64,000 bases of DNA from Nitrospina sp. (GTDB lineage: Bacteria; Nitrospinota; Nitrospinia; Nitrospinales; VA-1), in assembly GCA_018702695.1 (NCBI GenBank), contig JABIYR010000087.1, forward strand, positions 4,481 to 68,480, given 5' to 3'. Position 1 is the stretch's first letter. The number at the start of each line of letters is the position of its first letter. Positions 54,444-63,404 of this stretch are shown here, piece by piece. The position numbers were made by a program, and so were the translations under genes. The notes under the pieces were generated by a model that saw only the letters and a list, made by a program, of their open reading frames with translations, was not told the origin of the DNA and made no database searches.

Positions 54444-56061
54444 ATTTTTTTTTATTAAAATTTAAGGCTAACTTATAAGCCCATGCAGCTTGTTCATAAC
54501 TCCCTAAATAGAGATCTCTGTCAAATGAAAGGCTCAGCAGGCCTTGCCGCTCCTCATCGGTTTCTATCGAATCCATAAAATGTTGCGCTTCGAGATAGGC
54601 ATCCCCTAGTTTTTCCAGTAGCGCTTGCGGGTTTTGTTTGGAAATTTTTATTCTACTCTTCAAGTCAGAAATATTTTTACTGAACTGCGAGAGTTTTTCT
54701 TGCGCAGTTTCTTCCTCCGTGTTGGGCAAGGAGGCGACAACGGGGTCGGTTACACTCTCCGTAACGATGTTTTGTTCCGGTGCTTCTTCACCAGCCTTCT
54801 CATCTTTTTTAAGCCCTGTTTCTCCAAATGTTTTATTGAACTCATCGTCCAACACTTCTGGGCTGTTCAGTATGGTTTGATTTTTTTCATCCTGATAGCT
54901 TTTTGTTATTGATGAGTCTTGGGTTGATTTTATCTTTGTTTTACTACGTGCCACTCTTTTTTTAATGGGTTTGCTTTGGGCCTTCTTTTGGGTTTTACGT
55001 TGTTGGGTGGTGCGCTTCTTAGCCCTTTGAATGTTTCGAACTTTAGATTTGGATTGGGTTACGAGGGCTTGGCGTTTTTCGACTTTCTTAATGCGAGCTT
55101 GATTTTTATTCTGTTTAATTGAGGATCGAGCCGTTTTTTTATTTTGTAAACGCTGCTTAATAGATTGCTTCTTCAATTCAGAAATTCTTTTGTCTTTGTT
55201 TGTCTTAAGAGCGGCGAGAACTTCACGGTGTGAATTTTTAGCATTGCGTCTTTGAGACTTCTGATTGTTTTTCAGCGTTTTCCTAACTTCCTTCATGCTT
55301 GCTGTTAATTCTTTAGCAATAGCTTGAGATTTCTTTTTATAATCTCGTTGGCTATTTTTCAAGCTACTCCCCGCTTCAAGCATCGCGGCATTGGATTCTT
55401 TTCGAGAGTCAGCAAGTGTCGAGCCATTATTATTCTTGAAATCACTGGATGCGGAGCGACTGGATTGCAAAACTTGATCAGAGTCTACTTGTGCAGAAGC
55501 CATTTCCTTTCGAGCTTCGACAAGAGAATCTTTTAAGGCGGCGGTCTCTTGTTTCCAAACGGCTTTTTGATCTTGCAAGACCTGTTTAATATCTTTTGTC
55601 AGAGTTTTAGCGTCCGCACGCATTTTTACTAGGCCTTTTTGCATTTCCTCTCGGCCTGCGACAAAGTCCTGCTTAGATTTTTCCAGGATCCCCAGAATTT
55701 CTTGTTGAATGGCTTGAGTTTCCAGTTGCAAGCCTTCAAGCTCGGCTTTCAACTTCAAAGCCTCTTGCTTCATAGATAACGCAATTTCCTTCATGATGCG
55801 CTGAATCTCTATGCGAATCTGCTCCATTTCTTCCCGCAAAATTTCCTGCTCTAAAAGCATTTCTTCCCGCAGGACCTCTTGATCCCGCAAGGTGTCGGCA
55901 GTGAGGCCTTGGTCAAATTTTTGAGGTTTGAAGTCCTGGGTCGAAGCGGGGGAGGTATATAAGGAACAATGCAAAAGCAGGGTCATCGTCAAAAGGGTCA
56001 TGACTCTCGTGCAGAAATCCGAAGCAGGACTCAAGCTTCTTGTGAAAGCAGTGTTTTGCAT
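54409..56061 (-). CDS. Secreted Lys/Gln-rich coiled-coil protein, C-terminal TPR-like part interrupted by a frameshift
   Basis: 550 aa. Hydrophobic N-terminus (MTLLTMTLLLHCSLY), heptad-like repeats (QEVLREEM / QEILREEM), and a very basic middle region. It ends 11 codons after an A9 run. Confidence 0.75.
   Translation of the reverse strand: MQNTAFTRSLSPASDFCTRVMTLLTMTLLLHCSLYTSPASTQDFKPQKFDQGLTADTLRDQEVLREEMLLEQEILREEMEQIRIEIQRIMKEIALSMKQEALKLKAELEGLQLETQAIQQEILGILEKSKQDFVAGREEMQKGLVKMRADAKTLTKDIKQVLQDQKAVWKQETAALKDSLVEARKEMASAQVDSDQVLQSSRSASSDFKNNNGSTLADSRKESNAAMLEAGSSLKNSQRDYKKKSQAIAKELTASMKEVRKTLKNNQKSQRRNAKNSHREVLAALKTNKDKRISELKKQSIKQRLQNKKTARSSIKQNKNQARIKKVEKRQALVTQSKSKVRNIQRAKKRTTQQRKTQKKAQSKPIKKRVARSKTKIKSTQDSSITKSYQDEKNQTILNSPEVLDDEFNKTFGETGLKKDEKAGEEAPEQNIVTESVTDPVVASLPNTEEETAQEKLSQFSKNISDLKSRIKISKQNPQALLEKLGDAYLEAQHFMDSIETDEERQGLLSLSFDRDLYLGSYEQAAWAYKLALNFNKKKWPHPPQNRKNL
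54445..54453. repeat. T9/A9 homopolymer at the frameshift site
   Basis: Nine consecutive T on the + strand, counted directly. Confidence 0.95.
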
Positions 56062-56255
56062 TGTGCAGGTTTAAATGGGTTAGAGATTTAATTATAACAA
56101 CTTATCGGTAAAATAAGAGCGAAACTTATCTTTGTAGGTGGGTTTCATAAAAAATAATTCAGGAAATTAAATTATTGCGGGAATTTATGGGGCATGCGAG
56201 GGTATCATAAGACAAACAGCAGACACGATTGAATATTAGAAGGAAAATAGAAACG

Positions 56256-56612
56256 ATGAAAATCAGATTATCAGAACATATCGGAACGCATTGTGAATCC
56301 ATTGATGATGGACAAAAACTGTATGCCCTGTTGGCCCCAGAATTCAACAAAGGTCAGCCAGTGGAATTGGATTTTGAGGATGTACAGTCAATATTGACCC
56401 CATTTTTGCATCATTGTATCGGCAAATTATTGTACGATTTCGCGAAAGAAACGGTCATGGAAAGATTGGTTTTATGCAATCTCTCTGCTGACCATTTAAA
56501 GCGGGTTAATTTATATATTGACCGTAAAGATGAAGAACAGTTTCAGAGTGATTCCAGTAGTTCCATGATGGAATTATTTGAGGAGGATGATTTGGGAGAC
56601 CTGGGTCTTTGA
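56256..56612 (+). CDS. STAS-like DUF4325 domain protein
   Basis: The ORF opens at TTG 56229. ATG 56256 follows AGAAGGAAA. MKIRLSEHIGTHCESIDDGQKLYALLAPEFNKGQPVELDFEDVQSILTPFLHHCIGKL fits my memory of DUF4325. Acidic tail. Confidence 0.7.
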   Translation: MKIRLSEHIGTHCESIDDGQKLYALLAPEFNKGQPVELDFEDVQSILTPFLHHCIGKLLYDFAKETVMERLVLCNLSADHLKRVNLYIDRKDEEQFQSDSSSSMMELFEEDDLGDLGL

Positions 56613-56995
56613 GGAAAGTAAAGGTGGGATTGAAAAAAATATTTGAAAGTAGGGAAATAAAAGAACTGCGCGCCAAGGTGGAATTAGAACCCCAAGACCC
56701 GGCGGCGCATTTTAATTTGGGTGCGGCGTATGAACGGGCAGGTTGGGTTGATGAGGCGATTCACGAATTTGAAGAAACTTTAAAAGGAAACCCAGCCTCA
56801 GCAGAGTCTCATTATAATTTAGCGATTTTGTATGAGAGCGTGAAGAACGGGGAAAAAGCCATTTACAATATTCTTAAAGCGGGCACGCTTTTTGGCAATA
56901 AGAATGATGCGGTAAATAAAGCAGAGTCGAGAAGGTTATCGAGAGAATATTATCGAAAGTTTAATTTGCAGCCGCAAGAGTCGAACGATCTTTAG
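56609..56995 (+). CDS. Small TPR protein
   Basis: 128-aa ORF from TTG 56609, overlapping the upstream stop. GTG 56624 is a better-spaced alternative start. AAHFNLGAAYERAGWVDEAIHEFEETLKGNP, AESHYNLAILYE. Confidence 0.7.
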   Translation: MRKVKVGLKKIFESREIKELRAKVELEPQDPAAHFNLGAAYERAGWVDEAIHEFEETLKGNPASAESHYNLAILYESVKNGEKAIYNILKAGTLFGNKNDAVNKAESRRLSREYYRKFNLQPQESNDL

Positions 56996-57031
56996 CGATA
57001 GATTTGGCAATCAAACTTTGGCTGTATCGAG

Positions 57032-57496
57032 TCATACGCCCATTTGGCGAATGGCTTCGTAGGTGACGATGCTCACGACATTGGCAATATTGATGGATCG
57101 TACGCGGTCGTCGTATTGAGGAATGCAATAGGTTTGCTCCCGGTGCGCCTGAATTAAATCCTGCGGAAGCCCCCGCGTTTCGCTTCCAAAAAATAGATAG
57201 GCACCGGGCTGAAATGTATGCTGAAAAAAATCTTTCTCTCCTTTGGTAGAGAAAAATACTTTTTGGGCAGATGGCGGAATTTTTGCCAGAAATAATTCCA
57301 GATTGGGGTAAGTTTTAACCTCTACATGTTTCCAATAATCTAGGCCCGCGCGTTTGAGTTGCTTATCACTGATTTCGAAACCCAATGGTTCGATAAGATG
57401 TAGGGTGCTTTCGGTGGCCAAGCACAACCTCCCAATCGTTCCTGTATTCATAGGGATTTCTGGTTCCACTAAAACAATATTTAATTGGTGTGGCAT
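57032..57496 (-). CDS. trmL: tRNA (cytidine/uridine-2'-O)-methyltransferase, SpoU/TrmL type
   Basis: 154 aa, LNIVLVEPEIPMNTGTIGRLC, FFGSETRGLP, RSINIANVVSIVTYEA. Confidence 0.9.
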   Translation of the reverse strand: MPHQLNIVLVEPEIPMNTGTIGRLCLATESTLHLIEPLGFEISDKQLKRAGLDYWKHVEVKTYPNLELFLAKIPPSAQKVFFSTKGEKDFFQHTFQPGAYLFFGSETRGLPQDLIQAHREQTYCIPQYDDRVRSINIANVVSIVTYEAIRQMGV

Positions 57497-57555
57497 GGGT
57501 TTTTTGTGGGGTAAAAGTTTTAATATGAATTTGCGTTGTTGATGCGTTCTATTTT

Positions 57556-58263
57556 TCAGGAACCTTGTTCTTTGATTTTTTTTCGTTTGGTTTTTTTCTC
57601 GATTGCCTTGCTCACCTTGAAGTCATCTTTCCCTTCCCATGTTATTTCGAGATAAGGGGGGAATTGAGTCGCTCGGTCGATTTCGGTGGACTCAACTTGC
57701 TCTGGGGTGAGGTTTAAAGCCTTAGATAAGTCGACTCCCTTAAAGCGCACATCAATCAGATTTGCTTGGTCAAAATTGGCCCCGTTGACATTGGCGAGTG
57801 TAAAGTCTGAGGCCGATAAAGTCGCTTCGGTGAAATCGACTTCCGTCAAATTGGCCTCATTGAACCGAGCTTCACTCAAAACAGCCCAGCTAAAATCTGC
57901 CCAGCGCAGGTCGGCTCCAGAAAAATCAGCCGCGATCATTTGTGCGTCGGCGAAATAAGCATCATGCAAATCGGCTTTTGACAGGTTGGCTTCTGTCAAA
58001 TCAGCTTCGATAAAGTTTGCATTGCTCAAATTGGCTCCGCTCAGGTTAGTGCTATTGAGATTGGCCTTTGCCATTTGCGCATCTTGCAAATCCAAACCAC
58101 CAAGATCCAGATCGGTTAAAACCGCACTAAAAAGATTGTCTTTGGTGTCAAGCACCTTTTTTTGTTCGGCCTGCTTTTTGGCCTCCAAACGTTTGATCTC
58201 TTTGAGTTCTGCTTCACTGAGCTCAATTTCTTGAGGCTGACCGGGTCGGGTTTCTTCTGCCAT
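57556..58263 (-). CDS. Pentapeptide-repeat protein with N-terminal coiled coil and Lys-rich C-terminus
   Basis: 235 aa, long run of A(D/N)LxX repeats (ANLSGANLSNANFIEADLTEANLSKADL). Confidence 0.9.
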   Translation of the reverse strand: MAEETRPGQPQEIELSEAELKEIKRLEAKKQAEQKKVLDTKDNLFSAVLTDLDLGGLDLQDAQMAKANLNSTNLSGANLSNANFIEADLTEANLSKADLHDAYFADAQMIAADFSGADLRWADFSWAVLSEARFNEANLTEVDFTEATLSASDFTLANVNGANFDQANLIDVRFKGVDLSKALNLTPEQVESTEIDRATQFPPYLEITWEGKDDFKVSKAIEKKTKRKKIKEQGS

Positions 58264-58292
58264 GGGCGTATTTAAATTTTGGAGTATTCTAG

Positions 58293-59264
58293 TTATTCGG
58301 TGACGGCAAAGTTTTTCAGGCTTTTTTCTAACCGTTGCGGGTCAAGGTTTTGGCCGATGAATACCATTTTGTTGAGAGGGGAATCTGCCCCCCAAGGTTT
58401 GTCATGTCGTCCCTCAAACATCATGTAGACACTTTGAAACAGATATCGCTCTGCAGAGCCCTCAATATTTAATATTCCTTTAGCTCTGAAGACATTCATG
58501 CCCTCTTGAATGAGTAACATTTGTAGCCATAAGTTTAACCGGTCTGGATCAATATAACCGGGAAAAGAAAGTGAGACAGAAGAGATAGCTTCATCTCCTT
58601 CATGATGGTGTGTATTAAAAGTGACGGTTTCTAATGCGGTCTTTAAATCAAACCCTCCAATATTCAGAATTTGATCTAGGTCCACCACTGCATGGGTGGT
58701 TTTATGAATTTTACAGGTGGGGTTGATCTGGCGTATCTGTTTCTCCAGTGCATTGATTTCCGACTCGGATACCAAGTCGGCTTTGTTTAATAGAATGACA
58801 TTAGAAAAAGCGATTTGTTCCCAAACCACCTCTTGCTCGTTCAAATTACTGGAGATATGCTTGGCATCGACTAGGGTGATGATTCCATCGAGAAACAGAG
58901 TTTTGCTGATTTCATCTTCTATCAAGAATGCTTGAGCTGTTGGGCCAGAACTGGCAAGGCCGGTGCTTTCAATTAAAATATAATCAAATTTTTGGTGTTT
59001 TTCCAAAAGCCGATTCAACGTTTCAATCAGGTCGCCGCGAATGGAGCAACAGATGCAACCGTTGCTCATTTCAAAAATATCCTGATCGGCTCCGATAACG
59101 AATTCTGAATCGATACTCATTTCGCCAAACTCATTTTCAATGACAGCGATCTTCTTGCCGTGGTTTTCTTTTAAAATATAATTCAGGAGGGTGGTTTTCC
59201 CCGAACCCAAAAAACCGGTTAGAAGGGTCACGGGTAGTTCATTATTGTTTTTTGTAGAATTCAT
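58293..59264 (-). CDS. COG0523-family GTPase (CobW/YjiA-like metallochaperone)
   Basis: 323 aa, GFLGSGKTTLLN, GCICCS (CxCC), His-rich linker FNTHHHEGDE, CobW C-terminal domain. Confidence 0.9.
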   Translation of the reverse strand: MNSTKNNNELPVTLLTGFLGSGKTTLLNYILKENHGKKIAVIENEFGEMSIDSEFVIGADQDIFEMSNGCICCSIRGDLIETLNRLLEKHQKFDYILIESTGLASSGPTAQAFLIEDEISKTLFLDGIITLVDAKHISSNLNEQEVVWEQIAFSNVILLNKADLVSESEINALEKQIRQINPTCKIHKTTHAVVDLDQILNIGGFDLKTALETVTFNTHHHEGDEAISSVSLSFPGYIDPDRLNLWLQMLLIQEGMNVFRAKGILNIEGSAERYLFQSVYMMFEGRHDKPWGADSPLNKMVFIGQNLDPQRLEKSLKNFAVTE

Positions 59265-59447
59265 GAGGTGAGCAATAGGAATCGTATAATTGGGTTAATG
59301 AGTTTATTCTCTCAGTATTATAGCACCGGAAAAATAGGGGTTAAGTAGTTATTGCTTTCAAATTTGTTTAAACTTAGATGTAAATTAGTGGTTCGCAGAA
59401 CAAAGCTAAACCTGCATTTTTCAATGAGGCAAAATTAAAAGATCATC

Positions 59448-59939
59448 ATGAAAAAGCTTAATAAATTATTTGTGTGGGTTGCATTAGGTTTTATGGCAGT
59501 TCTACCTTTGTTATATGGGGATTATGATTCAAAGGAATACCCTGAACTGAATCGGGCGATGGGTGTGGTGCGTTATATGTCAGCTGAGCGTCAATTGCGA
59601 CGCTCATCATTTTATTCTGTCTACCCAGAGGGGAGCCCAAAACAGTTTGTGAAGTGGATGTTTTCTCCGCTGGGCGCTTCATTTTGGCCGCCTGCTGAAG
59701 GAGAGCTAGAGTTCAGCTCTGATGAACTGAAAATGATGAAAAATGCAAGAATTCCCATTCTTCCGGAGGGGGTTTCTTTAATAGCCGAAAAGGTGGATGT
59801 CGGGAAAGGTCGGCAAGTGGTAGTGCGTGGGGAGGATCAACGTCAAAAATTGGTCGTGGAAGCTTATCTCGATCCGCAGGTGGACTCGGTTCTGGTTGCA
59901 GAGTGGGAATTTCCTCTAGGTGGGAGAAGGGTCGATTGA
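59448..59939 (+). CDS. Hypothetical exported protein
   Basis: 163 aa with a signal-like N-terminus (KLFVWVALGFMAVLPLLYG). No family recognised. Confidence 0.55.
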   Translation: MKKLNKLFVWVALGFMAVLPLLYGDYDSKEYPELNRAMGVVRYMSAERQLRRSSFYSVYPEGSPKQFVKWMFSPLGASFWPPAEGELEFSSDELKMMKNARIPILPEGVSLIAEKVDVGKGRQVVVRGEDQRQKLVVEAYLDPQVDSVLVAEWEFPLGGRRVD

Positions 59940-60058
59940 AAGACTCAATTGCGTTTATACTTTGCAAGAGATACCTGTTGTCATAACAAAAATATATTGA
60001 TAGGTTGGGTATTCGAAGACACAAATTCAAGACTGCTAAGCGAACAACGAGGGTGTGT

Positions 60059-60895
60059 ATGGCTATAAATATACAAGATACAATCAAAGGCTGGGTGAAT
60101 TCTCCCCCCAATGTTTATTTCAAGCTGAGAGAAACGCTTGAAGACCCTATGAGTTCATTTAAGGAATTTTCCGCCATTATCAGTAATGATCCTTCGCTTT
60201 CTGCACGATTATTAAAAATCGTTAACAGCCCTTTTTACGGGTTAGAGAGTGAAGTGGAAACCATAACTCATGCTTTAGGCTTCATTGGCACAGAGCAACT
60301 GACAGAACTGGTTTTGGCGACATCTGTGGCGGGTCAATTTTCCGAGATTCCGAAAAACCTGATTAATATGGATCAGTTTTGGAAACATTCGATTGCTTGT
60401 GGTGTGACTGCGAAAACCATTGCCGCTTGGCATGGTGAACGCAACCTGGAAAGTTATTATTTGGTGGGAATGCTCCATGATATAGGGAGCCTGATTATTT
60501 ATAAAAAATTTCCAGAAGCGTCGGGGAAAATACTGCAACGTTGCAAGGAAAAGAAAGAATATTTACACGATGTTGAGCGGAAAGTGTTTGCCGCCACCCA
60601 CGCAAAAGTTGGTGGTGAGCTGCTGAAAGGCTGGGGTTTGCCTGCATTGCTTTATGAACCAGTATATTTTCATCACCAGCCCGAAAAAGCGCAAGAGCAT
60701 GCTTTGATTACCAAGATACTTCATGTGGCAGATAGCATGGTGGATGAAATGAAATTAGGGTGTAGTGGTGAGGCTGTTGCCAACCCTGTTAAGCCGGAGA
60801 TTCTTGAGGAGTTGGGGTTTACTGAATTGCCAGTTGAACAGTTTTCAGAAGAAATTACTGAATTGTACGAAGAAACCCTAGCGGTTTTTCTTTAA
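60059..60895 (+). CDS. HDOD domain protein
   Basis: The ORF opens at 60005. ATG 60059 follows GAGGGTG. IISNDPSLSARLLKIVNSPFYGL, LVGMLHDIG, HAKVGGELLKGWGLP. Confidence 0.88.
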   Translation: MAINIQDTIKGWVNSPPNVYFKLRETLEDPMSSFKEFSAIISNDPSLSARLLKIVNSPFYGLESEVETITHALGFIGTEQLTELVLATSVAGQFSEIPKNLINMDQFWKHSIACGVTAKTIAAWHGERNLESYYLVGMLHDIGSLIIYKKFPEASGKILQRCKEKKEYLHDVERKVFAATHAKVGGELLKGWGLPALLYEPVYFHHQPEKAQEHALITKILHVADSMVDEMKLGCSGEAVANPVKPEILEELGFTELPVEQFSEEITELYEETLAVFL

Positions 60896-60949
60896 GTCAT
60901 GTATCACAAGCACGTCTCTCTCAGCCCGATTCTAGTCCACCTCAGTTTA

Positions 60950-61552
60950 TCATTCCGAGTCCTTGCGGTTTTTGGTGTTAAAAAAATCGTCTACCTTAGA
61001 GCCTAATTGAATAATTTTTTCTTGTTTTTGCATAAAGGGAATGTGTTTGGAGCAGTGGATATAGGCCTCTTCTACGACAACCTTGATCCACGCTACAGGT
61101 TTTCGCGAGCCATGTTGACTCAGAGTGATGCTGATTTTTTCTGAATAATCCGTTTTGGCTTCTAACTCTTCTTGGGATAAGATTTCCGCTTTTCCGTTCA
61201 CATGAAGCCCTATCGAGCGTTCATAAAAATCGATGAAGACCATACCTATATGCGGATTCTCGGAAATATTTCCCATGCTGGCTAGAACCCCATTGCCTCG
61301 ATACTCAGGAAAGATAAGCATGTTCTCATTGAGGACGGAAACGAAGCCAGTATGGCCTGATCGGAACGAGGCATCGCATTCGCCGTTCGAGTCTGAAGTG
61401 GAAATAAAGACAAACTCCTGTTTGGCAATAAACCCGCACATTTCAGGGTTGAGGTTGTTGAGCAGTTGGTTTTTATAAAAAAGTGCCGCGCGTTTTTCGG
61501 TATTAAATTTTTTTTGTAGATAGTGTTCGCCTTTTGATCCCGGTTTTTTCAT
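60950..61552 (-). CDS. Pyridoxamine 5'-phosphate oxidase-fold flavoprotein family (COG3576-like)
   Basis: ORF 60950..61591 (TTG). Likely start is ATG 61552 (MKKPGSKGEHYLQKKF..), 200 aa. FPEYRGNGVLASMGNISENPHIGMVFIDF, HCSKHIP. Confidence 0.8.
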   Translation of the reverse strand: MKKPGSKGEHYLQKKFNTEKRAALFYKNQLLNNLNPEMCGFIAKQEFVFISTSDSNGECDASFRSGHTGFVSVLNENMLIFPEYRGNGVLASMGNISENPHIGMVFIDFYERSIGLHVNGKAEILSQEELEAKTDYSEKISITLSQHGSRKPVAWIKVVVEEAYIHCSKHIPFMQKQEKIIQLGSKVDDFFNTKNRKDSE

Positions 61553-61562
61553 GTCGCGGATC

Positions 61563-63404
61563 TCAAAGGTTAGCGTTATGGGGAAGGGCAAGGTTCAGGT
61601 ATTTACCTCGCTCACCGTAAAGAAGCCCTTTTTCTTCAAGGAAGGCCACAGCGTTTTCAGCCAAGCCCGGTTCTAATTCCTGGGGCATTTTTTCCTGAAT
61701 ATGGGTGCAGATTTGTTCCAAAGTCTTAGGCGCATCGTTGCAGAAAATAAAGGTCCAAGCTTGGGGGCCTTCCAATCTTATTTTTACAGGGTTCAAGGAC
61801 CTCTCGTCATAAACGGTGACAAAATCCATAGACTTAGTAAAAATCAGATAAGGCAATTGTTCCGACTGGTGTCGCCGTTTCCACTCTTCCGCTATTTGAT
61901 AAAGTTCTTGCTTTAGTTGCGGGTCAATTTGGTTGTTGGTTTCAAATTCAAAATCATAAGCAATTTTGAAAGGGTCGATATCGGGGTGGTCGTAAACAAA
62001 GGGGTAGGCTTCGCCCGGTGCAGTGATTGTCACCCCATATTCTTCGGGTCGCATGAAATAGGGGCTGAACCTTTCCAGCCATAGGTTTCCCACGCATTCT
62101 GGTGGAGGTAGGTGAAACAAAAGTTTGATCAGATTTATTTGTTGTCGGTAGTCGTCATCAGTTTCACCCGGAAACCCGATCAGAATATTCCAGTTGATCT
62201 CAATGCCATAATACATGGCCCATTTCATGCAGAGAATGTTTTGCAAGGGGCGGACCCCTTTATCCATATCCCACAATTGATTCATGCTGAAGCTCTCGAT
62301 TCCAGGCTGAATCACTTTTGCCCCGCCTTGCGCCAGAGTTTTGATTTGCTTCTTAGTCAGGTTGCTTTTGACTTCAATAAAAAAATTGAGGTCATAGTTG
62401 TTTTCAGCCATCTCACCAAAAACGCCATCGATATATTTCATCTCCAGAATATTATCGACCAGTCGGAAACGAAAAGAGTCGTACTTTTTTGAAAGCAAAG
62501 CCAGGTCATCATGAACCTGCTTGATGGGTTTAGAGCGAAACTTCATGGTGCTGGCATTCAAACCGCAAAAAGTGCAGTGATGTTTTTCTCCCCACCAACA
62601 ACCTCGTGCGGTTTCATACAGTATGACCGGGTTTTGCAATAACGAAGATTGCGGGTCGATTTCTCGTAACTGGTCGAAAAAGTCATCGTAATCCGGGGCG
62701 GCATAATCCTGAAAGCTGCCGAACATGGCTTCGGGTTCTTCATAGATAACTTCATTGTTACGGCGGTGCACCACTCCTTTGGGGATTGCCCCCCCTTGAG
62801 TGAAATATTTAATTAATTGCGGCAGGATATCCTCGGCTTCTCCCGGTACCACATAATCAATCCAGGGACAAACGCGGAAATACTCTAAACCCATTTCGGA
62901 TTCAAAATTAGATCCCCCGAACAGGATTTTTAAATGCGGAAATTTTTCTTTAATCAATTTCGCCAGTGTCAGGCTGGCAACATTTTGATTGAAGGTGGAA
63001 GAAAAACCCACGACATCAAAGGCTCCCCAGTCATAGGCACCAAGCGACCACTCAAGAAACTCAGGCACCATTTTAGTTTTTACATCGACCAAATATTCTC
63101 TAGGACGTTCTATGGAACTGCAGACATCTTCAATATGTGGCGCAAATTGATTTATATAATCCTGATTTTTGGCATTGCTTCCAAAAAGTAAATGCGAAAA
63201 TAGCCATTCGCCAATTAAGAACCGCTTTTCACAGAGTTGGTTGTAAACGGGAAGCCCTAATTGATGTGCGAAGTGAAGGTTCAAGTAATGGCTTTTTACC
63301 TGACAACCCTGACTTTTCAGCAGGGTCGAGATAGTCCCTAATTGAATGGAAGGGTAGATATGAAACCCAAAGGGCATGTTAATCAATGCAATATTTAAAG
63401 GCAT
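61563..63404 (-). CDS. B12-binding-domain radical SAM enzyme, RiPP-maturation C-methyltransferase-like (TIGR03975-like by motif)
   Basis: 613 aa. N-terminal LNIALINMPFGFHIYPSIQLGTISTLLK. Cluster motif ETARGCWWGEKHHCTFCGLN. No SD; TACAAT lies 6 nt upstream of the ATG. Confidence 0.75.
   Translation of the reverse strand: MPLNIALINMPFGFHIYPSIQLGTISTLLKSQGCQVKSHYLNLHFAHQLGLPVYNQLCEKRFLIGEWLFSHLLFGSNAKNQDYINQFAPHIEDVCSSIERPREYLVDVKTKMVPEFLEWSLGAYDWGAFDVVGFSSTFNQNVASLTLAKLIKEKFPHLKILFGGSNFESEMGLEYFRVCPWIDYVVPGEAEDILPQLIKYFTQGGAIPKGVVHRRNNEVIYEEPEAMFGSFQDYAAPDYDDFFDQLREIDPQSSLLQNPVILYETARGCWWGEKHHCTFCGLNASTMKFRSKPIKQVHDDLALLSKKYDSFRFRLVDNILEMKYIDGVFGEMAENNYDLNFFIEVKSNLTKKQIKTLAQGGAKVIQPGIESFSMNQLWDMDKGVRPLQNILCMKWAMYYGIEINWNILIGFPGETDDDYRQQINLIKLLFHLPPPECVGNLWLERFSPYFMRPEEYGVTITAPGEAYPFVYDHPDIDPFKIAYDFEFETNNQIDPQLKQELYQIAEEWKRRHQSEQLPYLIFTKSMDFVTVYDERSLNPVKIRLEGPQAWTFIFCNDAPKTLEQICTHIQEKMPQELEPGLAENAVAFLEEKGLLYGERGKYLNLALPHNANL

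Noticed and set aside
54900-55330. Low-complexity, A/T-rich repetitive stretch that could be mistaken for a tandem-repeat or CRISPR-like array.
   Set aside because: It is the Lys/Gln/Arg-rich basic region of the 54409..56061 CDS. It has no regular repeat-spacer periodicity.
57686-58234. Two + strand ORFs (57686..57958, 57986..58234) with repetitive KSA/LKS-rich products.
   Set aside because: They are antisense to the pentapeptide-repeat gene. The periodic repeat keeps the opposite strand open, and there is no independent start or SD signal.
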